From Solirubrobacterales bacterium (GTDB taxonomy: Bacteria > Actinomycetota > Thermoleophilia > Solirubrobacterales > 70-9), in contig DATIMV010000030.1 of the NCBI GenBank assembly GCA_035474955.1, positions 4,207 through 68,206 on the forward strand: 64,000 bases of DNA. Reading direction: 5' to 3'. Below are positions 8,775-18,113 of the stretch, piece after piece (positions within the stretch are counted from its first letter, which is position 1; each line of letters starts with the position of its first letter). The translations under genes and the position numbers were made by a program. The notes under the pieces were generated by a model, which searched no databases, was not told the origin of the DNA, and saw only the letters and a program-made list of their open reading frames with translations.

Positions 8775-10142
8775 TCAGGGGCGGGTGAACCTCGGCCAGG
8801 TCGAGGTCGCCCGCGCGGCGTCGACGAGGCCGGCGCCCTGCTGGTTGCGGGGCAGGCCCAGGTCGCGGGCGGTGCGGCGGAGCTGTTTCGCGACGAACCG
8901 GACCTGTGCGTCGGGCTCGAGGGCGGGGTTGACCACCCCGATGGCAAAGACCATGGCGGCGACGCCGGAGACGTGGGCAGCTGCCATCGAGGTGCCCACG
9001 TAGTAGGCGGGGATGCCAAAGGCTTTGGTGCTGCCGGGTCGCAGGGTCACCTGGTAGATCGGGCGGGCGGCGACGGACAGACAGCCCTTCTTCGGGACGC
9101 CCCCTCCAGGGGCGACGAGGTCGATTGCCGCGCCGGCCAGTGAGTAGTTGCCGAGGCAGCCGCCCTCGGTGGTTCCGCCCACGCCGATCACCCGGGGCCC
9201 CGTCGCGGGAGGGGAGACGCACCCCTCCGAACCCAGGTTCCCGGCCGAGGCGACGGTCACCACGCCCCGCTCGTAGGCTTCGCGCAGGGCTTCGTCAACC
9301 AGCGGCACCCGCTTGCCGCAGTCGAAGTTGAAGCTCATGTTGATCACCTTGGCGCCGTGGTCGACCGCGTACCGGATTCCCTTGGCGATGTTCAGGGCGT
9401 TGCCGAAGCCGTTGCGGTCCAGCACCCGCACCGGCATCAACTTTGCCCGGTAGGCGAGCCCGGTCACCCCGGTCCCGTTGTCGGTCTTCTCGGCGATCGT
9501 GCCGGCGACGTGGGTTCCGTGACCGCTTTCGTCGAGGGGCAGGCGGTCGCGGTCGACGAAGTCGTAACCGGCGACGAACTGGCCGGGGCCGAAGTCAGGG
9601 CTGGGGCGGAACCTGGTCCCGAGGGAGCGGTAAGCGATCCCGCTGTCGAGGACCGCGACGACGATGCCCGAAGCGCCGGGCCGGCCCCACTCGATCAGGT
9701 TTCGCCAGGCGCCGACCGCATCGATCCCCCCCGGGGAGACCGGCAACGGACCGCCGCCACTTTGCGTCGGGGCGAGGAAGTTCCACTGCTTGAAGGCCCA
9801 GCCGCCGGCGTCGACCGAGGAGTCGGAAGACCCTGCCAGGAACCCCGAGTCATTCGGGTCGAACGGCTCGCCGCTGACCGCGGAGGCGGAGGCGATGTAG
9901 TTCGGCTCGGCATAGACGACGCTCGGGTTCTGGCGCAGGGCTTGGGCGACCCGGCGCACCCCGGCGCCTGGAGCCAGGGCTATCGACTGACCGCGGCGCT
10001 GGCCCTCGAACTTGACCAGCAGCTGCCGCGGAGCGAACTCCCGGGCGGGGGAGAGGCCGGTCTCGGCCCCGGCAGGGGCGGCGGCCAGGGCCAGCCCGGT
10101 GATCGCCGTCAGCGGCATGAGGGATCGTAGAAGTCGTTTCAT
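8775..10142 (-). CDS. secreted S8-family (subtilisin-like) serine peptidase
   Basis: Catalytic triad motifs VAVLDSGI, GHGTHVAGT and GTSMAAAHVSG. ATG 10142 gives the signal peptide MKRLLRSLMPLTAITGLALAAAPAGA. Confidence 0.85.
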   Translation of the reverse strand: MKRLLRSLMPLTAITGLALAAAPAGAETGLSPAREFAPRQLLVKFEGQRRGQSIALAPGAGVRRVAQALRQNPSVVYAEPNYIASASAVSGEPFDPNDSGFLAGSSDSSVDAGGWAFKQWNFLAPTQSGGGPLPVSPGGIDAVGAWRNLIEWGRPGASGIVVAVLDSGIAYRSLGTRFRPSPDFGPGQFVAGYDFVDRDRLPLDESGHGTHVAGTIAEKTDNGTGVTGLAYRAKLMPVRVLDRNGFGNALNIAKGIRYAVDHGAKVINMSFNFDCGKRVPLVDEALREAYERGVVTVASAGNLGSEGCVSPPATGPRVIGVGGTTEGGCLGNYSLAGAAIDLVAPGGGVPKKGCLSVAARPIYQVTLRPGSTKAFGIPAYYVGTSMAAAHVSGVAAMVFAIGVVNPALEPDAQVRFVAKQLRRTARDLGLPRNQQGAGLVDAARATSTWPRFTRP

Positions 10143-10234
10143 CGGTCTCGGTGCCGCCGGAGCCCTCGCATCCGTCGGGCGATTCACAAACACCGCGTTG
10201 CCGCGGAAGTTGCCGAGAGACATACTCCCGCATC

Positions 10235-10693
10235 GTGAACACCGGCAACTTCGAGGCGGCGATGGGGGCTGCGATCGAGGAGGCGCGCAAAGCCGAGGAG
10301 CACGGCGACGTGCCGATCGGGGCCGCGATCTTCCGCGATGGCGAGCTGCTGTCGCGGGCCGGCAACGAGCGCGAGCTGCGGCGCGACCCGACCGCCCATG
10401 CCGAGGTGCTGGCGATCCGCGCGGCCGCCGAGGTCCTGGGCGGCTGGCGGCTGCCGGGCACGACGCTCTACGTAACCCTCGAGCCCTGCGCGATGTGCGC
10501 GGGAGCGATCGTCCTCGCGCGGATCCCGACCGTGGTGTTCGGCACGCCCGACCCCAAGGCCGGCGCCGTGGGGAGCGTGCTGGACGTCCTGCGGGAGCCG
10601 GCGCTGAACCACAGGCCGGAAGTCATCGGCGGCATCCGCGAAGCGGAGTGCGCGGCGCTCCTCCGAGACTTCTTCTCGACTCGCCGCGGTTAG
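10235..10693 (+). CDS. tadA: tRNA adenosine(34) deaminase
   Basis: CDA zinc motifs HAEVLAIR and PCAMCAGA. Lies next to a tRNA gene. Start ambiguous (GTG 10235 or ATG 10262). The track start 10151 would overlap the divergent protease promoter region. Confidence 0.85.
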   Translation: MNTGNFEAAMGAAIEEARKAEEHGDVPIGAAIFRDGELLSRAGNERELRRDPTAHAEVLAIRAAAEVLGGWRLPGTTLYVTLEPCAMCAGAIVLARIPTVVFGTPDPKAGAVGSVLDVLREPALNHRPEVIGGIREAECAALLRDFFSTRRG

Positions 10694-10713
10694 TCAATAC
10701 CCTGTGGGGACCC

Positions 10714-10803
10714 GGAGAGGTGTCCGAGCGGCTTAAGGAGCGCGATTGGAAATCGCGTGGGCGGGGTTAACCCGCCTCGTGGGTTCGAATCCCACCCTCT
10801 CCG
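10714..10803 (+). tRNA. tRNA-Ser (anticodon GGA)
   Basis: Cloverleaf folded by hand: acceptor GGAGAGG/CCTCTCC, anticodon stem CGCGA/TCGCG with loop TTGGAAA, long variable arm and T-arm GTGGG-TTCGAAT-CCCAC. CCA is not encoded. Confidence 0.9.
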
Positions 10804-10997
10804 CTACACGGAAGTAGCGGGATCCTCGTCAAGGAACGGATCGGTTCCCTGAGCTCAACTCTATACTTCGCTGAGTAATGGAGCTCTGATTGCGCTTCGT
10901 TGCACCCCTGGGAGGGCCGGCATTTCTTGGCCGATGATGTCGGTCCTCTCTCTTCCCCACAGCCGGTTCGAGGAACCGCTGTGTAGGAAAAGAGTAG

Positions 10998-11086
10998 CGG
11001 AGGGGGTGGGATTCGAACCCACGAGCCCCCTTACGAAGGCCAACGGTTTTCGAGACCGCCCCGTTCAACCACTCCGGCACCCCTCC
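10998..11086 (-). tRNA. tRNA-Ser (anticodon CGA)
   Basis: The reverse complement reads GGAGGGGTGCCGGAGTGG...CTCGAAA...GTGGGTTCGAATCCCACCCCCTCCG. It has a long variable arm and anticodon loop CTCGAAA. Convergent with tRNA-Ser(GGA). Confidence 0.9.
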
Positions 11087-11103
11087 AGGACGGGAGACTG
11101 ATT

Positions 11104-11535
11104 CTAGGGTCGCGGCGAGTTTGGGGGCGGGAAGTCGGGCCGAGAGGCCCAGAGGACCACGATGGGGGCACCGACGAGGAGGCTCAGGGAGGCCAGCTCC
11201 CCAACTGCGTCGGCGGTGTTGAAGCCCTCGAGGTGGCCGGCGTGGAAGACCAGGTGAAGGCTGGCGGTGAGGAGCCAGGCCACGCAGATCGCGCGGGTCA
11301 GGGTTTGCTCGAGCGTCCGGGCGGCCCAGGCGAAGAGGACGGCGAAGCCAAGGTAGAGACCGCCGACGTCGGTGACGAGGTGCTCGTTATAGGGGGGAAG
11401 GAGGTTGACCCAATGAGCGACAAAGGGAAAGTCCTCGTAGAAGGTTTGAGGAAAGGCCGTCGCGGTGAGACCGATTAGGAGCGACGAGGCAAAAAGCAGC
11501 CCGAGCCCGAGCCTGGCGATTGAGGGATTCCGCAT
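11104..11535 (-). CDS. small integral membrane protein, function unknown
   Basis: 143 aa with ATG start and four hydrophobic segments. Good GC3 bias. No recognisable motif. Confidence 0.55.
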   Translation of the reverse strand: MRNPSIARLGLGLLFASSLLIGLTATAFPQTFYEDFPFVAHWVNLLPPYNEHLVTDVGGLYLGFAVLFAWAARTLEQTLTRAICVAWLLTASLHLVFHAGHLEGFNTADAVGELASLSLLVGAPIVVLWASRPDFPPPNSPRP

Positions 11536-11602
11536 CTCTCGGCACTAAGTTACGAAACTCAAAAAAGGGCTGTACTTGCTGTCTAATTTTAGTACTCTGG
11601 AT

Positions 11603-12367
11603 CTAGTTGACCGCCAAAGCCTCATTTGCCGCCTCATGACCCTCGTAAGGAAGCACTACGAAGTACATCAGCGAGGGCAAAAGAGCCTCGAGCTGACCGT
11701 ACTCCTGCTTGCAGAGGCGAGAATAGAGCAGGGATTCGACTCCGCCGACGATCCCCGAGGCCGTTACGGCGGTCTGCGTCCGGTCCCCGGGGAGGAGCTC
11801 TTCCGCTTCGGCTTGAAGGCAACGAGCGAAGTCATCCATCAGCTCGACACGGCGCCTAACCGCCGTAGCGCTGGCGGCCCGGGCCTCGACCACCATGGTC
11901 CGAGCGGTATCGGGCTCGTGACTGGCAAAGCGCAGCAGCGCTTCCAGCGCGCAGCGAACTCGATCGCGCCAGACGTCACCTCCCTTGCCGGCGGCGAGCT
12001 GGACCTTCTTGCGCAGCCGCTCGGCACTGGAGTCGAAGGCGGCGAGGAAGCAATCTTCTTTGTTGGAGAAATGTTCGTAGAAGGTCGGGCGGGAGACACC
12101 GGCTCGATCGATCACGTCCTGAACGTTGGTTTCGAGGTAGCCGAGCTCGGCGGCCGCGTTGAGCATCGCGACGATCAGCCGCTCCCGCTGGATCGCGCGG
12201 ATCAGTTCCGAGGGAAGCTTCCGAACCCCGGAAGGGAATCTGCCGCTGCTGTTGGCGAGCAACTCGAGGGCGGCTTGAACCTGATCGGGAGGCCAGTCGT
12301 CACCGATCGCCGCAAGGAGGGCCTCTTGGCTCAGCTTAATTCGGTCGAGGGGTGCCAAAGAACTCAC
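11603..12367 (-). CDS. TetR/AcrR-family transcriptional regulator (paralog 1 of 3)
   Basis: HTH VQDVIDRAGVSRPTFYEHFSNKEDCFLAAF. GTG start at 12367 is uncertain, because it leaves a long N-terminal extension before the QRERLI segment. Confidence 0.8.
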   Translation of the reverse strand: MSSLAPLDRIKLSQEALLAAIGDDWPPDQVQAALELLANSSGRFPSGVRKLPSELIRAIQRERLIVAMLNAAAELGYLETNVQDVIDRAGVSRPTFYEHFSNKEDCFLAAFDSSAERLRKKVQLAAGKGGDVWRDRVRCALEALLRFASHEPDTARTMVVEARAASATAVRRRVELMDDFARCLQAEAEELLPGDRTQTAVTASGIVGGVESLLYSRLCKQEYGQLEALLPSLMYFVVLPYEGHEAANEALAVN

Positions 12368-12480
12368 AGGTTTCCATTAAAAACATTGCAAGTTTTCTCA
12401 CGGTACCAGAATATTGGCGGGGCGCATGGGCCCTCGGCGGCAGCCTCCTCGCACATGGCTCGCAGCGGAGGCGGCGTTCG

Positions 12481-13101
12481 ATGACTATCCGCCCGGAGCT
12501 ACCCCGCGAGTTCATCGCCGACCACAAGCGGCGCCGCATGATGGGCGCGATTGCGGAGCTCACCGCCGCCCAAGGATACGAGGCGACGAAGATCGCCGAT
12601 ATCGTTCGCCGCGCCGCTGTCGCCCGCAAGACTTTGTATGACAACTTCGACGGCAAGGAGGATCTGTTCCTCTCCGCGGTCGACTCGGTCTTGACCGAAA
12701 TGCGGGTCGTCGTCGAGGAGGCCTGCGCGGCTCAGGACGGATCCCAGGGAGACGGAATCGTCGCTGGTCTGGAGGCTTTGCTCGAGTTCATCGCCGCAAA
12801 CCCCGAGGCCTCGCGAATGTGCATGGTAGAGGCGATCTCGGCCACTCCGAGCTCGGCCCGGCTGTACGACGCGGCGATGCACGACTTCGTCGAGCTCCTG
12901 CGCAGAAGCGCTCCCACGGACGCCGATCTGCCGGAGACGATCGAGGAATCGCTGGTGGGCGGCGTCGCCTGGATTCTGCAGTTGCAGATCAGGCGAGGGG
13001 ACACCGAGCGGGCCGTGGAACTGCTCCCAGAATTGTCCCAGTTCGTCCTATCGCCCTACTTGGGTGTGGGAAAGGTGGTTGATACCGGGAGGCGAAAGTG
13101 A
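12481..13101 (+). CDS. TetR/AcrR-family transcriptional regulator (paralog 2 of 3)
   Basis: ATG 12481 (MTIRPELPREFIADHKRRRMM...). HTH IADIVRRAAVARKTLYDNFDGKEDLFLSAV. Divergent from paralog 1. Confidence 0.8.
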   Translation: MTIRPELPREFIADHKRRRMMGAIAELTAAQGYEATKIADIVRRAAVARKTLYDNFDGKEDLFLSAVDSVLTEMRVVVEEACAAQDGSQGDGIVAGLEALLEFIAANPEASRMCMVEAISATPSSARLYDAAMHDFVELLRRSAPTDADLPETIEESLVGGVAWILQLQIRRGDTERAVELLPELSQFVLSPYLGVGKVVDTGRRK

Positions 13102-13129
13102 CAGTACGGTGCCAGACTTCGATGCTGAA

Positions 13130-13771
13130 ATGGACCGATTACCGCGGGGACGCCACGGCCTTTCACCAGAGTTTGTCGCGCGAAATCAGCGTGAGCGGCT
13201 GATCGCTGGCCTCACCCAGACTCTCTACGAGGTTGGGTATCAAGAAACCACTGTGTCACTTATCGGGAAACGCGCGGCCGTTTCCAAGAGTGACTTCTAT
13301 AAACACTTCCAGAGCAAGGACGAGTGTTTTATCGCCGCCTACGACGCGGCGATCGAGCGAATTCGCGAGCAGGTGGTCATGGCCTGCGAGGAACGGGCGG
13401 GCGAAGGTTGGGCGTGGCGCGTGCGCGGCGCGATCGACGCGCTGCTGAGGCTGCTGACCGCAGAACCGGCGCTGGCGAGCATCGCTCTGGTCGAGGGGCT
13501 CCGGGCTGGACGCGGTGTCTATGACCGCTACCAAGCCGCGGTGGAGTCCTTCGTCAGATACCTGCGCCAGGACGCGCCCGCCCCGACGGGGGGAGAAGTG
13601 CCCGAGGCGACCGGTGAAGCGGTGGTCGGCGGCATCGCATCTTTACTCGGGCGCCGGGTCCTGGCCGGCGAAGCCGACCGGTTGAGCGAGCTCTTTCCGG
13701 AGATCCTCGAGTTCGCTCTCGCTGCCTATATGGGCGAGGAAGAGGTTCGGCGAATAGTCTCCTCGGAATGA
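13130..13771 (+). CDS. TetR/AcrR-family transcriptional regulator (paralog 3 of 3)
   Basis: MDRLPRGRHGLSPEFVARNQRERLI... with HTH VSLIGKRAAVSKSDFYKHFQSKDECFIAAY. An alternative GTG start lies at 13109. The stop overlaps the next gene start (ATGA at 13768-13771). Confidence 0.8.
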   Translation: MDRLPRGRHGLSPEFVARNQRERLIAGLTQTLYEVGYQETTVSLIGKRAAVSKSDFYKHFQSKDECFIAAYDAAIERIREQVVMACEERAGEGWAWRVRGAIDALLRLLTAEPALASIALVEGLRAGRGVYDRYQAAVESFVRYLRQDAPAPTGGEVPEATGEAVVGGIASLLGRRVLAGEADRLSELFPEILEFALAAYMGEEEVRRIVSSE

Positions 13772-14922
13772 GCGAGCCGAAGAGCGGCGTCCTTCCTTCC
13801 CAGGCACTGAACCAAGCGATCGAGGCCGAATGGGTCAGCTCCGGCGACTACCGGATCCGGCCGGAGGCCGTGCAGCCGGCCAGCATCGACCTGCGCCTCG
13901 GCGACTTCGCCTGGGCCCTGCGTTGCTCGTTCCTTCCCGACGTCGATTCGACCGTCGAGGAGAAGATCGATGGTCTCGCCTTCCAGCGCGTCGACCTGCG
14001 CGACGGGGCCGTCCTCGAGCGCGACCGCCCCTACCTGGTGCCCCTGATCGAGGAGCTGAACCTGCCGCAGGAGATGCGGGCGAAGGCGAACCCGAAGAGC
14101 TCCACCGGCCGCCTGGACGTCTTCACCCGGGTGATCACCGATCGCCACCATCGCTTCGACGACATCCGCGCCGGTTACCAGGGGAGGCTGTACCTGGAGA
14201 TCGTGCCCCGCTCGTTTGCGATCCAGGTGAAGACCGGACTCTCGCTCAACCAGCTGCGGCTTGCGCGCGGTGACGTGCGGCTCTCCGACGACGAGATCCG
14301 CAGCTTGCAGGACGAGTTCCCGCTGCTCTACCTCGACTCGCACGCGCTGCGCCAGTCGGAGATGGCGGTCTCCGACGGACTTTTCCTCAGCCTCGACCTC
14401 TCGGGCCCGACCGATCGAGTGGTGGGCTACAGGGCGAAGAAGAACAGCCTCCCTGTCGACCTCTCCCGCATCCGCGCCTACCGCTGGACCGACTACTGGG
14501 ATCCGGTGTACCCGGAGCCGGGTGGTCGCGTCGTGCTCGAGCCGGAGATCTTCTACCTCCTGCTCTCGGCCGAGGGCGTCTGCATCCCGCCGCAGATCGC
14601 CGCCGAGATGATGGCCTACGACCCGACCGCCGGCGAGCTCCGAACCCACTACGCGGGCTTCTTCGACCCCGGTTTCGGCTACGACCCCGAGGGCGGCCGC
14701 CACGGCAGCCGCGCCGCGCTCGAGGTTCGGGCGCGCGACGTCTCGTTCATGGTCGAGCACCGCCAGCCGGTCTGCAAGCTCGGCCTCGAGCGGGTGTCGG
14801 AGCCGGCGGAGCGGCTCTACGGGACCGACCTTGGGTCGAATTACCAGGGCCAGGTGACGATGCTCAGCAAGCACTTCGAGGAGCAGACCGCCGGGGCCGC
14901 TGTTCCGGCCGACACCGCTTGA
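13768..14922 (+). CDS. 2'-deoxycytidine 5'-triphosphate deaminase (long DCD family)-like protein
   Basis: 384 aa. The N-terminus GVLPSQALNQAIEAEWV...QPASIDLRLG resembles the long-form DCD/dCTP deaminase family as I remember it. Translationally coupled to the upstream TetR gene. Confidence 0.7.
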   Translation: MSEPKSGVLPSQALNQAIEAEWVSSGDYRIRPEAVQPASIDLRLGDFAWALRCSFLPDVDSTVEEKIDGLAFQRVDLRDGAVLERDRPYLVPLIEELNLPQEMRAKANPKSSTGRLDVFTRVITDRHHRFDDIRAGYQGRLYLEIVPRSFAIQVKTGLSLNQLRLARGDVRLSDDEIRSLQDEFPLLYLDSHALRQSEMAVSDGLFLSLDLSGPTDRVVGYRAKKNSLPVDLSRIRAYRWTDYWDPVYPEPGGRVVLEPEIFYLLLSAEGVCIPPQIAAEMMAYDPTAGELRTHYAGFFDPGFGYDPEGGRHGSRAALEVRARDVSFMVEHRQPVCKLGLERVSEPAERLYGTDLGSNYQGQVTMLSKHFEEQTAGAAVPADTA

Positions 14923-15001
14923 CGGCGCTTGTAGTAACAACAAACCGATTTGACGCCGCGCCCCCCGAGGTTCAGTGGCGCCTCAATAGGATGTCGTCCC
15001 G

Positions 15002-16192
15002 ATGCTTCGCACCTTTCGATCACCGCTCGCCATAGCCTTGGCCCTAGGCCTCGCTCTCCTCGCCGGCTGTGGCTCCGGCGAGGAATCAGATACCTCGGCG
15101 GAGGGCTTGCCGGAGGAAATCGTGATCGGCGCCGCGATCGCCAAGAGCGGCTACCTCGTCCCCTACGACGCCAACATCGCCGCGGTGGAACAGCTGGTCA
15201 AGGAAACCAACGCCCGTGGTGGCATCGACGGTTCCAAGCTCCGCATCGTCTCCGTCGACAACCACTCCGAACCCCAGCGGCAGCCCGTCGCCGTGCAGGA
15301 GGTGATCGAAGATGGCGCCGACGTCCTTCTCTTCAGCTGCGAAGTTCCGATCGCCGCCGCCGGCGCCCCGATCGCGGAGGAACACAACCAGCTCAACTTC
15401 ACCCTCTGTGCCAGCGAACCCGGCTATGGCCCGCCCTACACCGGGCGACTCTCCTTCAGCCCCAACCGCAGCCTGATCAGTGAGGCCGCCGCCCGCGCCA
15501 CCTTCCTCTGGGAGCGTGGCGTCCGCCGCCCCTTCGAGCTGCGCGACACTTCGATCCTGCTCGGCGAGATCGACCAGTTCGGCTTCCAGGAGACCTGGGA
15601 ACACCTCGGCGGCAAGCTTGCCGGCCAAGCCGACTTCAAGAACGAAGACCTGTCGATCGCCTCCCAGATCGCCGAGATCAAGCGCTCCGGCGCCGACGCG
15701 ATCAACCTCAGCTCCTACCCGCCGGGAGGAGCCTCGGCGATCAAGCAGATCCGCGCCGCCGGCATCGACCTGCCGATCACCACGGTGAGCGCCTTCGACG
15801 GCACCTTCTGGCTGAAGGGCGTCCCCGACACGAGGAACGTGTACGCAACGCTCAACGGCTCTGCCTATGACCCGACCGATGCCCAGACGGCCGAGCTATT
15901 CGAAAGGATGAAGCGCGCCGGGGTCAGCACCGACGTCTCCGGCAACCTGCTCGCCTCCTACGCCGCCGGTCAGCTGATCCTCGACGCGATTCGCGAAACC
16001 GGTACCACCGATGGCGCCAAGCTCGCCACCTTCCTCGAGGCAAAGCCACGCCCGACGGTGATGGGACCGCTCAGCTATACGCCCGATAATCACTTACCCT
16101 CGGGTCCGTGGTACATCTACGAATACCCCGATCGCAAGCCGAAGCTCCTCGAGCGGGTCAAGCCCGCATACGTACCCGAATACGAACAGTAG
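15002..16192 (+). CDS. ABC transporter substrate-binding lipoprotein (LivJ / branched-chain amino acid type)
   Basis: Lipobox LLAGCGSG. About 390 aa with a type-I periplasmic binding fold pattern (IGAAIAKSGYLVPYD..., GADAINLSSY). Located next to liv permease/ATPase genes. Confidence 0.8.
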   Translation: MLRTFRSPLAIALALGLALLAGCGSGEESDTSAEGLPEEIVIGAAIAKSGYLVPYDANIAAVEQLVKETNARGGIDGSKLRIVSVDNHSEPQRQPVAVQEVIEDGADVLLFSCEVPIAAAGAPIAEEHNQLNFTLCASEPGYGPPYTGRLSFSPNRSLISEAAARATFLWERGVRRPFELRDTSILLGEIDQFGFQETWEHLGGKLAGQADFKNEDLSIASQIAEIKRSGADAINLSSYPPGGASAIKQIRAAGIDLPITTVSAFDGTFWLKGVPDTRNVYATLNGSAYDPTDAQTAELFERMKRAGVSTDVSGNLLASYAAGQLILDAIRETGTTDGAKLATFLEAKPRPTVMGPLSYTPDNHLPSGPWYIYEYPDRKPKLLERVKPAYVPEYEQ

Positions 16193-16259
16193 TAGCCGTT
16201 CGGTGAGTTGATTGGAGTCGGAGAAGCCCGCTTCGGGCGGCCGTCGCAAACGGCCATCC

Positions 16260-17057
16260 ATGATCGGCCTGGAGGGACTTCGTCGGCCCGAGCGCGGTGG
16301 CAAAGTCCCCCTCTACTACCAGCTCGGTGAGATCCTCAAGCAGAGGCTCGAGGGGGGCGGATGGGAGCCCGGCACCTTGTTTCCCTCAGAGCGCGAGATC
16401 GAAGAACACTTTGGTGTCTCGCGCGCGGTCGTTCGCCCCGCCCTCAGCCTGCTCGAACGCGACGGGGACATCTATCGCCGCCGCGGCTCGGGGACCTACG
16501 TCGCCGCGCCGAAGCGTCGCGTGCCGATCAGGGGGCTGATTCGCTCCCTGCTGGAGGATCACTTTGGCGACTCGCGGATCGTCGTCCTGCGTATTCGTGA
16601 GCAGACGAATGACCCGACGATCGCCGACTTTCTCAAAGTCTCCTCCGGCGAGACCGTCGCTCAGGTCACCTCGATCCTCCGCCTCGACAAACCGATCTGT
16701 CTGATCGACTCTTTCTTCCCCGTCGAGCGGGTGCCCTGGCTACTGGCCGCCGCCGCCTCGCTCAAAGGGGGTGAACAGCCTGTCCTTGGCGTGCCGCCGA
16801 TGCTCACCCGGATCGACGTTTCGTTCGAGGGCTCCTCCTGCGGGCCCTGGACCGCCAAAATCCTCGGCGTCCGCACCGGCGATCCGGCCCTGGTCGGCCG
16901 CCTCCTCCAGTACGGTGCCCCCGATGGCGTTCTCGGGGGCCAGAGCCGTGAGCGTCCTGTCGAGCTGACCCGCATCGTCGCCCGCAGCGACATCTCCCAA
17001 TTTCACTTCAAGGCGGCCGGCTCGCTCGACCGGCGGCGCGGAGGGGGTGGGGTTTAG
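16260..17057 (+). CDS. GntR-family (HutC/UTRA-type) transcriptional regulator
   Basis: wHTH PLYYQLGEILKQRLEGGGWEPGTLFPSEREIEEHFGVSRAVVRPALSLLERDGDIYRRRGSGTYV followed by a UTRA-like C-terminal half. ATG 16260 chosen. Confidence 0.8.
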   Translation: MIGLEGLRRPERGGKVPLYYQLGEILKQRLEGGGWEPGTLFPSEREIEEHFGVSRAVVRPALSLLERDGDIYRRRGSGTYVAAPKRRVPIRGLIRSLLEDHFGDSRIVVLRIREQTNDPTIADFLKVSSGETVAQVTSILRLDKPICLIDSFFPVERVPWLLAAAASLKGGEQPVLGVPPMLTRIDVSFEGSSCGPWTAKILGVRTGDPALVGRLLQYGAPDGVLGGQSRERPVELTRIVARSDISQFHFKAAGSLDRRRGGGGV

Positions 17058-17063
17058 GAGGGC

Positions 17064-18098
17064 CTAACCAGCCGCTGCGCCGGCTCGAGTCGAGTGCTCG
17101 GCGAGGGCTTGGCTTACGAAGTCCGCAAACGCCTGACGGTAAGCGAGCGTGAACTTGTCGGCAGGGGTATGGACCTCTGCGCTCAGATCCAGCGACAGTT
17201 CCGGCGGCTCGACTTTCGAGATCACGGCCACGTCCTCGGCGTAGATGCCGGCGTCGTAGGCGATCACCTCCTCGAGCTGCTCCTTGTCGAAATTCTCGAG
17301 ACCCGCCTCGATCCAGTAGTGGATTGACTCGGTTGCGCTGATCGCGCGTGCGGCGTGAAGCAGGCAGCGTTCGCCTTCGTCGGTGAACATCCTCGCCGAG
17401 GTGAAGTTGGGAGCGATCGTGTGGTAGCCCATTTCTCGCAACGGACCCCATACCTCGCTGGCGCCATCTCCCCATTCCATGTTTCGGCGGAGCGTTACCT
17501 CAAACCCGTTCCTCTCCGGCATCAGTGGCTCGATCTCCGCCGGCTGGACCCCGAGGGTGCCCTGGTGGACGAAGGCAAAATGGGCGACGTCGCGGAAGTT
17601 CTCGAGCATCAACCCGAAGGCGACCGGCAGCTCGAAAGGGGTGCCATGGCCCCAGGTCCACTTGTCCGGGTCGAACCACGGAACGTCGGGCACGTCGGTC
17701 AGCGGCTCCTCGAGCGTCGTCCAGACAAGCCCCCATTGCACGCGGACGGGATATGACGGAATCCGGGCGAGGGGTGGGATCTGACGTTGATCGGCAAGCG
17801 AGGGAATCCGGATGCAGGAGCCGTCGCCCGCCCACTCCCAGCCGTGGTAGGGACACTGAATGCTCTCGCCGCAGACCTTGCCCATCGAGAGCAGGGCGCC
17901 ACGGTGGGCGCAGCGGTCGGCGACTACGGCCGCCTCACCGTTCTCGGTGAGAAAGACCGCGAGAGGCTCCTCGAGCAGGACCGCTCGCTGGGGCCCGTTT
18001 TTCAGGTCCTCCAACCTCGCGACCGGCTGCCAGCAGTGGCGCAGTGCCAGCATTACGTCCTCGCTGCTCGGCGGCAAGGAGGGGTGATCGTCAGTCAT
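17064..18098 (-). CDS. Rieske [2Fe-2S] non-heme iron oxygenase, alpha-subunit-like
   Basis: Rieske motif CAHRGALLSMG...CPYHGWEW. ATG 18098 is preceded by GGAGG-N6. Last gene of the liv-like operon. Confidence 0.8.
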   Translation of the reverse strand: MTDDHPSLPPSSEDVMLALRHCWQPVARLEDLKNGPQRAVLLEEPLAVFLTENGEAAVVADRCAHRGALLSMGKVCGESIQCPYHGWEWAGDGSCIRIPSLADQRQIPPLARIPSYPVRVQWGLVWTTLEEPLTDVPDVPWFDPDKWTWGHGTPFELPVAFGLMLENFRDVAHFAFVHQGTLGVQPAEIEPLMPERNGFEVTLRRNMEWGDGASEVWGPLREMGYHTIAPNFTSARMFTDEGERCLLHAARAISATESIHYWIEAGLENFDKEQLEEVIAYDAGIYAEDVAVISKVEPPELSLDLSAEVHTPADKFTLAYRQAFADFVSQALAEHSTRAGAAAG

Positions 18099-18113
18099 TT
18101 TTACCTCCGACAC

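Noticed and set aside
10804-10997. The 194-bp spacer between the two convergent tRNA-Ser genes as a possible ncRNA or third tRNA.
   Set aside because: No cloverleaf could be folded. It contains only short hairpins (GGAAC..GTTCC near 10836-10851 and CACAGCCGGTTC..GAACCGCTGTG near 10959-10985) placed where terminators or processing signals for the two tRNAs would be expected.
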